This document shows, in pieces, positions 11,038 to 24,249 of a DNA stretch of 45,554 bases. The position numbers were made by a program, and so were the translations under genes. Every line of letters begins with the position of its first letter. Positions within the stretch are counted from its first letter, which is position 1. The stretch comes from Dimargaris cristalligena (lineage: Eukaryota): assembly GCA_003614675.1 (NCBI GenBank), contig ML002302.1, positions 1 through 45,554 on the forward strand, in the 5' to 3' direction. The notes beneath the pieces are model-generated. The model was given only the letters and a program-made list of their open reading frames with translations. It was not told the DNA's origin and searched no databases.

Positions 11038-14000
11038 GGCAAATACGGTTGGCTAGACGGGCACAGTTTGAAGTGCAGGCTAAATGGGGTATATGTATAG
11101 GTATATATAGAGAGAGGTATTTGGATACGGGTAGAAAGGGGAAAGAGAAAGAAAAGGACACAGGCCGGGGAAGTAGAAAATAACTCAGCAAAGGGAATCG
11201 GACCAAGTAAGGCGAATGCAGGTATAAAGAGGCAGGGGAGTTTGTAGGTCAAGAAGGGGAGGGGGAATGTTTGGGTGAGCGGGGCCAAGAGAGGAAGGAT
11301 CCGAGTGCGCTAGTCAGACACATATAAATAACACTGACGGCCAGGGAAACACACCACCGACTTTGTTGGATCGGCTGACTGGTTGATGAGAAAAAAGGCG
11401 TTGTTAAGGAGAGCAAGCGGAGAAGAAGAACAGAAGCAGAGAAGGTAGAAAGTATTAGGTGCTTCCTATGAATGCCTGAAGGGATGGTGTATTCTCCCTG
11501 TTGGACTCATATCCCCCGAAATAGTGAAAACCACACCTTAAGAATGACTCAACGGACAGTGGAGTGGAGAGAAGGGAAGGGGAGGATCGACCCTAACTTG
11601 TTGTCATTTTGGCTGATACTAACCTCGACCTTGTACGGCAGAAACCCCAAACATTATTCCACCACCACCACAACTCCGCCGCCCATAACAACAACACGCT
11701 CCCGGCTGGCGCGCGCGCGTTAATTGGCGTAGTCCCAGGCTTTGTGACGCGCGGAGAGGGCCAATCGTCAGCGAGCGAACTATTTATCGTACCCTTCCAC
11801 CTACCCAATAGCTTCCCCATTCATCGATTCACGACCCGAGTAAAACATCCTATGCCGCACCGACTTTCGAATCCTAACCCTCCTCCTATACCCACACCCC
11901 TTACGACCATCACGAACCCCAGCCTACGACCAAGGCAGCCGGCCTTCGTCCCCCCCCTCCGAGTCGCACGGCATCCGGGCCGGGCTAGAGAAGCCGTCCT
12001 GCATAACCACCAGGTCGCAGGTCTTGTTGTTTCTTTCTAACCTCGCGAAACCATGTTTACGCAGCGGACTGCATGGTCCCGCTTATTTACCAGCCAGGGG
12101 CGGCGGCTGAGGCGTTGAGGGGAGAACACCACCATTCCTATACATACCTTTCTCTCTCTCTCTCTCTCTTTCGCTGGTAAAACGGTGGCGCTCTACCCTA
12201 ACCGGTCGGTCCTTCCTTTCTGCACGCCAGAATCTTAAGGGGCCCGGACCGCATACCCCCCACTTTCCCTGGACCTGTCCAGTGAATCCCTGGGGAGGGG
12301 GGGCTGGTCACAATGCCCAGTCTAATTCACCTGGTCCTGCTTAACATACCCACCCCTGCTGACTCCATTACGGGCCTTTAGTCCCTGCCTGCCTGTCTGG
12401 ATCGGTCGTCGATTGCGCGCGCCTCCGTTGCTTAACCAGGTGCTCGTCCCATACCTCCCCTTCCCACCATGGTGCAGATGACCCAGCGGATTAGGTAACC
12501 GTGCCCCATCTGCCTGTAGAATTTATCTATTTATCACTTGGGTATATTACATTCCCCTTACTAAACCTGGCCTTATGCCGGGGGCTTTGTCCGGTCCGCC
12601 ATACTAACCTAAATAGCGACATGGCCCCATAAACTCTATACCAGCTCACTTCTCCCTGGGCCAGTGATTTCCCAATCCGCTCTTCCTTCTTATTCTTCTA
12701 CTTCTACCCACGCCTCCCTGCTTGCCTAAGTGACCAACTGTTATCCCGTCCATCGGCCATGGCGGCTTCGTTGACGCTAGTTCGGTAATTACAGCAATCC
12801 CCGCGACCTATCTTCCCTTTTCATCATGAAGGCCTCCTACTGCTGCATAGCGAAGCCCCGGACCTTGGGCCAGCACCCCCCCACAATAGGTACCCTACCG
12901 CATATGCAATCCGATAAAACTCCGATTAGCGCGAAAATCACGGAGTGGGCGGTTCACCCCATTGGGTCAGTGGGTCAAGATTTAACCACCCTCCTACTCC
13001 TTTTTTCCCCGTCGATATTGCGTATCCAATCACGCCGCGTAGTCCTTCCTTTCCCTTCACGACCTTCCCCAACCAATGTCGGGGAATTCCCAATGACGAA
13101 TGAAGGGCCCCCGATAGAATGGTAATACGATACTGATGGGTAGAGGTGGTTGGCCAGAAACTACATCCAGTATTCGGAACCAGTAAATAGGTAAGTAGCT
13201 AAGTTGCCTGGGCTTGAAGAATATATTAAATGGGCTGGTGAACAAATCAGCAAACCAGCAACTTAACATTTCTTAATAAAGTAAAATGGGTAAACCAATA
13301 TACAACATCACCACACCATCCTCCTGTGAGTGGGTCGCACAGATTGAATCATTGCTAGTTAACCAGATTAACCTTACACTCACTTCATTTTCGGGCGTGT
13401 ACACCATACCAGCAGCTCATTTGTATACTAATTGTTTTAGACCCCTCAGCCCATTCCGGGGATTGCTCGAAAAATATTATATTAACACTGCCTGAAAACA
13501 CCAGTAAGCAGTCTAGAATATCGACCTGGGAAAGAGTAGGCTGAAACCTGCCAGTGGATACCAGTGTAAACCTGGAAGGGAAATAGGACGTGAGTCACAT
13601 TTGGGAAGTCAGTTGGTCCAGTAGTAGTAAGCGGATCCATCGCCTGGCCAGGAAAATCATTCCGGGGTAGACTATATTAATCCTAGGGTCAAATGGGTTC
13701 AAGGATATAGATAGGCATTTGGCAGACTTGGTCCTGAGGAACCTGTATATATTTAATATCCCGGGCCAGGGGGTTCCATTTGCAGGGGCACAGCCACGGT
13801 TGAGCCATTTCGCTACAACTCTCCTCACTGCCGGCCCCAAGGCTGCTGGATTTTCCTAGGATAGTCTTGCCCATAGACGAGGTTCAACCTACACAGGAAA
13901 TAGATACGCCAACTTATTGAACTAGCTCTGCCACTAGCTAACCAAGGCCAATATCTCTCGCTGTAGCCCTGTAGACATTCCGCGCCCATTGCCATTGCCA

Positions 14001-15488
14001 CGCCGCTAAGTTGATTTCTGTACTATAGCAATTGTCAGGCGATGGTTTGGTTTACTTCCATAAACGGAGAGTTCTAGAATAGATTAGCCGGTTGTATTAG
14101 AATAAAAAATCTAAAAAATCGGCTGATATATAATGAGAGTATAAGAGGCACCCTAACATTGGTCGGGAGCTGATGGATAGCGGTTACCGGAACCACTGGG
14201 TGAATCCCACTTAGTTTAACCAAGGAGCAACCGGAGGTTGAACAATGAGCTCCAAGTCTGCTCTTCACATGAATCCTATACGCGATATCTATACCCAGGC
14301 ATATTACACCCCGGAACTAACACATGGAGAATGGTCATAACAATCCAAACGAACAGTTATATTCACGCTGCCCATCACCCCGGACCCGAATGGAGGAGAC
14401 AGTCAATGGGCTATCGCATACGGAGTTACCAAACAAAAACCCCCGTAATTATACAAATACCCGTTAACAATAGTGGGTGGCGACTATAGGCTGGCCTGGT
14501 TCAAAAGGTGAAAATATAAATAAGGTGTATGACTAGTTGTATTATTATGGTTCTCAGCTGTTTCCAAAAAGAAGACCGTTGCTGTGTTTAAGTTTCCCTA
14601 CTCCGCTGATAGTCCTCGGACTTCATCATCGCAAGGCCGGATTGGACTCTATCCCGCTGATAAGTAATGATCAATATAATATTGGGTCGATTTGTATCCG
14701 TTTCCATTGAACCCCATTATTGCCGTGCACTCATTCCAATATTTGATCATCGCTTTTAAGCCATCAATGGACTAGCCCAACCCGCTCATGTGTACGCCCG
14801 AACTATTAGGTTGGGTAAGTTGTAATCAATATTGGGGTGTTGCTGTATCCACCAACCACGTCCCGTGGTGAATTTAATGATTTGTATCATTAGGTTTCCG
14901 ACGTATATTTAAGTACAGGATATTAGATAATTGACTCCGACTGTTTTGCGACTTGGTTACCCTACAGCAGAGGCATACATTGCCTTTATATAGAGGTATC
15001 CGTAAAAGTGCCATAAACATTCCCAACATATTACTGCGGGCATTTCATTGGCTTTAAGTAATATATTTGTCCTTTCGGCGAATGTACGGCGAGCTGCTCT
15101 ATTATAGGGGCCTGACTAAGCACAGTAAGTATTTGATTCCGAGACTATTGTTTTATTGTTAGGTATTGCATGAAAAAAAAAGTTGGCTTCGCGCTGACAT
15201 ACTTCTTCGGAAGAAACACGACCATCCATAAAGGTGTCACCGAAAATACAAAATATGTGTCCAAGTAACAAGAAAACGGAAGGGGGTGTCCTATTGATTA
15301 ACCTACCAAATTGCTTTTTATAAATATGTATGCCTATAGCCGCCAAAACCTCCCTTTGTTATATTCAACTTTGAAGTTAAATGGCTTCTAGCCCCCTATT
15401 GTGACTTTGGCGGGATCTACCCCACCTACAACGTACACTGTCTATTAAGTGAATGCAGCAATCCTGAACAAGGAACTAATTGTTGATA

Positions 15489-15606
15489 TGTGAGATGTTT
15501 AACCAAGTTGTATAAACGAAGAATCGGCGGAATAGTCATGCTTAACCAGTAGTATTTGCCTCATCCAACGGATTTATTGTTATACAGCCTGGTTGAATCT
15601 TTTCCA
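15489..15606 (-). mobile_element. MITE family copy F (internally deleted, 118 bp, reverse orientation)
   Basis: Reverse complement reads TGGAAAAGATTCAACCAGGCTGTATAAC...GGATGAGGCAAATACTACTGGTT...TTATACAACTTGGTTAAACATCTCACA and aligns with copies A and B. TA on both flanks (15487-88, 15607-08). Confidence 0.8.
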
Positions 15607-17564
15607 TATCCTTTAGTTCTTTAAACAGCTAGGCCAATTTTCACCCATACGCTTTCACAGCTATCGCATCAGCTTCACTCTCTTTTTTTAAATAATAATA
15701 ATAATAATAATACGCGGTAGATGACCAGGTGATTGTCACAAAGTTATCCAAGAGTTTGTGGTTCGGCCTTAAGCATCAAAAATTGCACTTAGTTTAACCA
15801 CCCCTTACTGAAATATGAAGTATATATATAGGCATGTAATTTTCTTACATTTACGCAAATGGAGCCGTTACATAGCTCAGCCGAGAATCGGGTGTCGATC
15901 GGAGATCCGTGAATATAAGAAAAATGAAATGGTTAAACATATCCATTATTTGTGTGTGTATGTGTTTTAGTTGTGGGCCTGGGGATCTTTATTGTATGAA
16001 TGATAGCTGTGATGTCAGCATGTAGAAGTTACCGCCATTCCATATTATTTTAATGGGGGTGTTTTGAGATCTCCTTCCCGAACGCACCGTTCTCGTTTAT
16101 TGGGGAAGCATTGCCTGGATATTCTAAGGCAGCTTCCATCCGATCGGTTTTGGTAGCAATCCTCATCCTTCTGGATATTTCCATACCTTCCAACCATCAC
16201 GATGTAAAGGGTATCGGATTTCATTTACATCGAATCGCACATTTTAACTTAACCAAGGCCCCGGCAGCCATTCCTATCTCTAATATTCTCCCGGCCAGTC
16301 CGGTTGGGATCACGCTCATGAATAAACAGCACGGGTATGATACGTCTGAAAAGAGGTACATGTTATTCGGAATCGGGAGGGCCAAGATCGGGCCCCGTCA
16401 TATTCGCCAACCCAGCCGGTTTTCAATGGTGTTTCGGTAGAAACTGGTAGTCAGTTTATAATGGTAGTGTATAAGACTCTTTTAATACATACTATTGCGG
16501 CGATACTTAAATTATTTTTGAGTATATATGTATAGTAGGACGCATACGAGATGGAATAGTTCGCCTTTGGTCAATTCAAGGGTACCGGTTACTTATAATC
16601 AATTGATTAAAAGCAGGGTAGCCGGCATAGATTTGATATTTTAAATTAATTAAAAAATGTATTTAAACTGCTGCAACATGGTGAATAGAGGTCAACCCTT
16701 CAAATCGACGCGTATAAAAAAAACCAACCATACTAATTTTTTTTCGTTCAATTCGTTTATTTTTGAAAATGTGGGCAACCTGGGTACTGGTCCTCGAGCA
16801 AGGTGGGGGGGAAGGGGGGCTGGGAAAATGACTCGAATGGCTGTCATAGGGGGCGATGGAATCACAATTTAATAATAACACTTGAAACCGGCATCTTATG
16901 CATGGCGATAATCCTGATTATATGATCTGGAGCTGAACCATTTTTCAACGCCTACGAATACAACTGACGGATAGCCGTTAAGGTATTCTACACCTTCTTC
17001 ATGTCCTTGGAATAACTGTCTGATCACTACTTTTTATTATTATTATTATTGTTGTTGTTGTTTTGAATGCCACCGTGATAATAATTGTGCAATAGTGATA
17101 CTTCGAGCTGATAAAACGACCAAGTACTTCATTATAGCAAAGACGGGAGCTGGCCATCACATCTGGGGCTTTTCATGAAAGAGGCCTGCGATCCATCACC
17201 CTTTGGCAGTCTAGAATATTCGGGAAATCATTGAGTGGTTGGGATGGGTTATATTCACCCAACTTATCATGCAAGGTAGGGTCCATGCATAGTGCAGAAA
17301 CTGTTAGTTTGTAGTGTTACGTGTAGGCCGGGTATACCGTGGAGTCCCGGTAATATGTCCTCACCGGTTGTGGGGTCGACCTCGCCCAGTGGTTGCAGTA
17401 GTAAGGCTGAAGAAGGGTATCGAAAACCAGTCTAAGGCATGTGATGGTGGTGATAAAAGTTGACATGGGTGCTAATAACTGATGATTCATCGTTAAATGA
17501 AACTCCGGTAGGCATAATGTACCTATCTACCTAACCCATAGCTAGTCAAATGAATAGCCCTGTA

Positions 17565-17709
17565 TGGGCGAAATTCAGCCCAGCGAAGTAGAGGAGGGGG
17601 GTTGACTGAAAAGTAAAGAGTGAAGTAGGTCGGGCATTAAGTTTTAACCGGTTAAACCAGTTTCACTAAAATGGGCTGTTCGTTATACAGCTGTTCCGAG
17701 TCCCACCCA
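17565..17709 (-). mobile_element. MITE family copy E (diverged, 145 bp, reverse orientation)
   Basis: Ends TA|TGGGCGAAATTCAGCCCAGC and TTATACAGCTGTTCCGAGTCCCACCCA|TA match the family termini. The interior is only weakly similar. Confidence 0.6.
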
Positions 17710-19604
17710 TATAGTGGGTGTTGGAATGGGGACGGGGAGAGACCGAGTGTAAACATACCCGCATAGTCGACAGAAGTGGGGTTATGTTATCGGATACTTG
17801 TTTCCGACTGCCTTCTCCATGTTCTATGGCATAATGCAAAGTCCTACAACCTCCTGTACTGTGCGGTCTATAGTCAAGGGCGGGAGAGGGGGGAGGGGAG
17901 GTTTGTTTCTGACGCTAGCAATGATGACCACATCCCCTCACCAACCGCTAACTTACCATTGCCAAGCCCATATTTTGGGGATCGCCTAGGGTCCGTGGAT
18001 TGGGCTATAAAATGGGAGTAGTAGCATCGGGAGAATCAGGTGATCTCGAAGTACCAGCGGGCGGAGGGGGCGGTTGAAGTTGTGGCGGGTATTGCAAACG
18101 ATACAGGGGAGTGTTATTTACGGGCCGTTTCTAATTACTTGGATTAGCGACTGGCGGATCATTTATTAGCCATTCGGATATCCTGGGTTGCGTTAGGGGC
18201 TTTGTTCTATTCATAGCTAAGAAGAGCCCCTATGAATAGAACGGCTCCTCTATAGGCCGTGGCCTGGCCTGAAGCATTTGCGCCAATGCCTAATAATCGG
18301 AGGTGTCTTCTTTCAAACAACTGGCTTACAATGGGGCTGGAGGCAACATCGAAGGGACTGGATCGCACCCCCTCCTCTTATTCCATAGGCCCAGGCTAGA
18401 CCAGGATGCGCTGGGTCCATGTGACCCTTTTCCCTTGCGGTGGTGGTACAGGTGAATATCCATTACCCTTCTCATTTCAGTGCTCCCGTGTATACATTTC
18501 CTTTCACCGGGGTTAGTAGTCCTAGCCATAGACGAATAACCTATATATAGATTTAAACAGAGACTATCCGCCCCACCCTTTCCAGCGCTGCTTCAGTTAT
18601 GTATAACACCCCACTAACCTTCTCCAGGGTCCTAGAATATCGAATTTATCACTAGCCCCTCCTATTGTTTTATGGTGTGCCCATATTTCTTTGTCTTCTA
18701 TTGGAGAGTATATTTCTGCCTAGCCTACAATAACTATTACTATTGGCCTTTAATAGTCCGCCTTATCTGTGTTATTCACTGGCCCATTCGCCTCTTATCT
18801 CACTATTTGCCGCTCTTCCTTCTTCCCATTGCCTAATCATTGCATTTTTTTCCCATCCACTTTTGCTTGAGCTTGCCCCTCCCTATTTTAATACTCTGCC
18901 CATGGCTCTTATCCGCCGCCCCTGCCTCACCTTAACCTTTCTTGTTCTCCAACTTTTATTAAGTCGTCCCCATTGCCGGTTTGCCTCAGACCGTTTGCCC
19001 GCCCTATTTTCGCCGCACCCGCTGTGCGCAGTAAGCCCAACTCTATAGTACACTCCCGTTCGTCGAATAGCTGCTTGTCCTGTCGGACAGAGATCCCGTT
19101 GTGTTCAGACCTGCGATCACACCACCCCTCCCGTATTATTACCTCCTTGGGAAATTGTCACCCTGCCACATATATATACCACCACCTTTCCAGGTATACT
19201 CGACGAGTCCCCAATACCTCCCACCAGCCCGTCCTACTCGAAAGTAACCGCTACTATACCTGGAACTATAGGTCATATTGACCCATTTCCACGTCACACC
19301 GAAACACCCAGTGTACTCGCATACAACCTACGCGCAAAAGGCAACACCGGGATAGACTCTACTATTCCTGACCACTGAGCCAGCATATATCCCCAACCAT
19401 TACCGGCCTTCCCGGCGTTTATATCCGTACAACATCGCCTCTCTCCCTCCTAGGGCCGTTTTTTGAATTTTTATCGGAACAATTCCTTCCTACGCGTATA
19501 TTCAATCAACCAGGACTAGACATATCCCAGCGAGCCACCTCCTCCATTTGCGAACCGAACACCCCCTTTCCTTTCAAATTATCCCCTCCCCCCCATATTG
19601 CACC

Positions 19605-22604
19605 ATGAACGCCGCTAAAGGTTCGTCTGACGACCCCACCCATTTGGCTGTGACCAAAATGCTCAGCGAACTCTCCCAGTCCATAATGAAGGAAGCCCAA
19701 GCTATTCAGACCACCGCCCAACCCTCCCCCTCTTCCATCACCCACCCGGTGGTGGAAAATAGAGGGTTTGTCATGAAACAGGATATAAAACCCATGACTG
19801 CCCCCCCGCCCCACTCGAAGCCTAGTCTGATGCATATGCCACCCCCGGCTGCCGCCTCTCTAGGGAAACCATCCACCCCCCTGGGAGCCCAGCACCCCAT
19901 GGCAAAGGCTAATCAAGTCGAGGACTTTATTGACCGCCAGGCTAAGCAACCCCGGGTGGGCAATCAGTCCGGCTCGTCTAGCGAATCCTCGGAGGACGAA
20001 GGGGCTGGGGGGGCCACGTACGCTCGACTACGGGACGACAAGAACTCTCTTAAACTGCGGGCGAGTCGCTGGAATTCCCACTCCGACTCCTCCTGGCCCC
20101 AGGGCAGCGAGTCCCGCCGGGGTGGGCCAGACCGGGGTTCAGCCCACGCCAATGAGCGCCCCCAGCGCCAGTCAACTAATCGAGACTCCCCAGCGCGAGG
20201 TGAGTCCCGGTCGGACCCGGCCCTGATTCTGCTTACCTACCCCACTGACCTGGAGGTCAATAAGAACGACCTGTTCTTCTATTTCAAGCGCTTCGGTTGG
20301 ATTGCCCATATCGACGTCCGGGACGATTTTGCGACTGTTCGGTTTGCCAGTCCCCGGGAAACTTTCGCCAAAACTCGGTTCTTACCTATGATCAGCCTCC
20401 GCCATCGCCCCGTGGACCTACGGGTCCTGAGTTACGGCGACGTCGAGTCCGATCCCCGGCTGAACTCGCGGGATTCTGAAGGGTCCTATGGTCAGCGTTA
20501 CGATAGCAGCCGCCCATCCAACGATCGGGACGAAAGCCGTACTCGGGACCGATCTGTCGGTGCCCCCCACGGCAATAGTCGTCGTGACCAAGAAAATAGC
20601 GACTTTTACCGGCCCAATGGCGCGGATCGCGGTCGGAGTCCACCTCCTTCCTATTCTAGGCGCGAGTCGGCTGGTCGGGGGCGTTCGCGCTCCCGATCCC
20701 GGTCCCCTGGCCCACGCTACAGTCGGCGGAGCCCTTCGGCTAGCCGTGAATCAGCGGATGTCACCCTCCGCCGGGCTGCTCGTCGCCAGGATGGTAAAAT
20801 CCCTTACTGTGAAATCGTGACTTTCAAATCTGTGCATAGGTAAGGGTCACAATTGCTCCTTAGGTGTTACCCCCCGTTCATTTATATTTTGGACATATTC
20901 TATAAGTCGTTGGGCATTCTACTATGGTTTTCTTTTTTCTTTTAAACTCCCCCCCCCGCTATTGTACTAACCGGGATTTCCATGTCACTGTTTTCGTTTG
21001 GTGCGCCCCAACTACAGGAGTTTTATTCAATCGACGATGGACTTGGTCAAGAATCAGAAAGCATCAGTGCACACCATTTATTGTATGGACCAGTTTTCCC
21101 TGACGGATGTTCGTAACTATTTCTTCCAAGAGGGGGTTGTAGCCATACTCTACCTGGATCCCCAGTCGGAGTCGACACGTAAAGGCAGTCTTTATATCCG
21201 CACTCACCCGAAGACTAACTCTTATGGGGATTTCCGTAAGTACTTACTTCGTTACATATGGCATTTTACTTTACTCTGCCCTTACTTCGGACTTACCTGT
21301 TTTATTTCAATCGGCCCCTTGCCTATATTTAGGACTTGGCTGGCTGCTCACTTGTGCGACTCGCCACAGTTGCCTACCTAATTTCACGTGCTAAAAGCGA
21401 TGGTACTAACAACCTAATATATGGGTTAACCCACACTTTGCACCTTCCCTATGGCCGATGGGAATCCATTTCTTGGTTTTCACTAGGCGAATACAACAAT
21501 GTCAGCCTTACTCACATTATGAATACGCTCAAACAGAGCGTCGAAGAACGGAAGCGCCGTATATCTAGTACCTCTCGAACCAGTTCCCAGCATACCACTA
21601 ACTCTTCATTTAATCGCCCCAATCAACCTCCAGCTAACGCTGAACCTACAAGTGGGCAGACCCCCGCCGCTCCCGTTGGATCTCCTAACGATATCACGCC
21701 CAATCTCTTAGCAAATCTCGCGTTTCCCAACCCTGGTGCGGCCAATACAGGTGGCTTGGATCTGGGCAATCTTGGGGGTCTAATTAATCTCCTTAATATA
21801 CAGAATTCTCTCCAGAATCAACTCCAGCCCCTACTTGCCTTGGCACAGAACCCCGGGCTATTGGCCGCTTTGATGGGAGCTAGTCAGAAATCCCCGGGCT
21901 TAGGAGTCCAACAACCACAACAACAACAACAACAACACTATCAGCAACAGGCTCCCCTGGGCTCACCCAATTCAACCAGTGGACATGGTGCCCAACAACC
22001 CGCCATGGCAACCAACCCACTATTAAGTTTACTGGGTAATAACGCACACCTTTTGGCCCAGCAGCAACCCCAAGTATCGGCTGCGCCCCAAATGTCCTTG
22101 GGCGGGGCGGGCAACCCCCTTCTCCAATCCCTAATGATGATGGGTATGAATAATCCGGCGATGCTCAGTAATGGTGCGGTTCCCCAGAGCGGCATCCCTC
22201 CGCCTGCCCCCCCGGGCCCTCAACTGAGCCCCCCCATTAGCCATAGTTCTAACGCCAACGCCCTCCTGAGCCAGCTTCTGGCTGCTAACCAAAATCAGAA
22301 CGGAATGTCTGCCGCACCACCCGCGGTTAATCCAGTGGTTACTGCTCAGCCAATTGCTTCTCCCCATTCGGAGTATATGGCCCGATATACCAGTAACGGT
22401 AGTAGCTCTGGAAATGGAGGAGGAATCCAGGCGTACTCCTCGTTTACCCACCCAACATCGGCAGCCATGGCGCCTACAAATCCAACTTACAGACAGGGGG
22501 AAACTCCGGAAAACCCACGTGTCAGCCATCCGAAAACCAGCTTGGCGTACCTTCATAACTCGGATCGACCGACGGACGATAATGGTGAACGTCACCGGCG
22601 ATGA
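19605..22604 (+). CDS. Nab3-like nuclear RNA-binding protein (RRM, RS region, alpha/beta domain as in fungal Nab3 homologues/NCOA5, Q/N/P/G-rich tail), about 856 aa, 3 exons
   Basis: ATG in CACCATG context at 19605. Exons 19605-20839, 21018-21235 and 21487-22604 are GT-AG and frame-consistent. RRM-like NKNDLFFYFKRFGWIAHIDVRDDFATVRF; GRGRSRSRSRSP; spliced domain RRQDGKIPYCEIVTFKSVHRSFI...QEGVVAILYL...DFREYNNV resembles the post-RS domain of fungal Nab3 homologues; polyQ low-complexity tail. The family call is from remembered motifs. Confidence 0.75.
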
Positions 22605-23369
22605 ATCCCAATGCTAAAGTGTAATAGCGCGCTACATCCATAGCTCACATTTTACGACTATCGAAATTTAGAACTCAACATAATGTGCACCAAAATGATT
22701 CCGAAAGCTACCCTCTTCATTCTGATATACCAATCTACGGGATGTTAGAGGAATAGGAACTTAATCCAAAGTCGAGGATCCGAATTCATAGAAGATTAAA
22801 GGCCTTGGTAACCGCCGGGTTATGTTTTACGTGACGTTAATTACGTTTCTCCCCCTTTCCTTCCACTGACTGATTTTATTGTGCAAATAGGGGCTTGAAG
22901 TGTGTGAGGAGGGGGGATCGGGAATACATCCAGCGGGTATATTTGAGGTCGCGTATTAGCATTCATCATGCTATCTCAAGTCACGAAACTATCACTATCC
23001 ATTTTGTCTCCGTTCATCTATTCTTATTATATTTACTTATCGAGTGTGGTTACAATCTTTTACTGGAGGTTGGTCGATTGAAGTAGAGGGAGGGACGATT
23101 TATCTTCCTAAGCAGTATACTATGGCTAACCTCCATCTGTATTAGTGTTGCACCACTTAGTCATATGTGTCATACACTATTAATTTTTTTTTTCAAATTT
23201 GCATACCCTTAGTTAATGTTCCCGTTAGTTTTTTAAAAATATAATATAGCAGTAATCGGTTCTACGCTGGGCTATCGAAAGTGGGGGTGCCAATTTTTTA
23301 TCAGGACCATGAATAGACAGTCTAAATCATGAGCTCCGCTTACTCTTCTTCGGTATGGGATTGTTCATA

Positions 23370-23507
23370 TGGGAGTAGTTCAACAAGGCTGTATAATGAA
23401 AAATCCATTTGATGAGGCAAGTACTACTGGTTGAAAATAAACATCCCACCGATTTTCCCATACACATATCAGTTAAACCCTTATACAGCCAAGCTGAACT
23501 TCACCCA
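23370..23507 (+). mobile_element. MITE family copy A (138 bp)
   Basis: TA|TGGGAGTAGTTCAACAAGGCTGTATAA ... TTATACAGCCAAGCTGAACTTCACCCA|TA. The termini are imperfect inverted repeats (22 of 27 positions by hand count) with TA on both flanks and no coding capacity. Confidence 0.88.
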
Positions 23508-23859
23508 TACGGTTTCTTATTATAGAATTCGCAAATAGACGATGGGAGTAAACTATCGATAAGAAATAACGTATAGCGGTTGATCGCATATTCCTGGCAA
23601 CCATGTGCCAGTTCTTTTATATCGTTACACTTGTATTGGTAAAGCACAGCACCCTTTGTCCTAACCGGACAACTCGTACACCTCAGTCCTTCCCTTTCCA
23701 GATATTCCAAAAAAAAAGTTTAATCTATTCCAGCTGTGTACTTAATGAATCCCCTGCCGACGGTAATCAAAACGCAACCCAACTCCGAATATTCGAATTA
23801 CAGTTGCTGGTGTGAAAACGCGACAGCTTTTATGGATCGATTGCGAATACACGAGCTAT

Positions 23860-24249
23860 ATGATGTAAATATTATTGGTAGGAATATGGAGAGCATTCCT
23901 TCATATAAAAATACGCACAGTAAAATGCTGATAAAGAGCCCGGACTGTTCCGGTGGCCGACATAGACGTAGGGGATTGAGGGAAGGCCTCCGCTGAGTTA
24001 GGATCGCACACTCCTTTGGATAAGTGAGAGGGGTAAACAGCCTTGCTAACCAGTTTTACTTTGAGAAAGAAAACTGGCCCAGTATTCTATGCCTCCCTAG
24101 GTATTATACTGACTGCAGTTATCGGACTTTATTCTCTAATCCCACCTGCGAAGGCTTCCCCTGTGTTCCCACAACAGACCATGAATGCCGCCGTCAAAAT
24201 ATGGCAGTTGGAATGCTCTGGGTTATACTCGGCGGTGTTGGTATCCTAA
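23860..24249 (+). CDS. Candidate small secreted or membrane peptide, gene model uncertain
   Basis: Strong branch/acceptor GCTAACCAG ends at 24053. The following frame encodes FTLRKKTGPVFYASLGIILTAVIGLYSLIPPAKA-SPVFPQQ...LVS*. A 5-nt first exon ATGAT (23860-64) with a GTAAAT donor would supply the start in the correct phase, but this is only one possible model. Confidence 0.3.

Noticed and set aside
11609-12040. 143-aa Pro/His-rich ORF upstream of the Polo kinase gene
   Set aside because: Non-ATG start, low complexity, overlaps a probable promoter, no recognisable domain.
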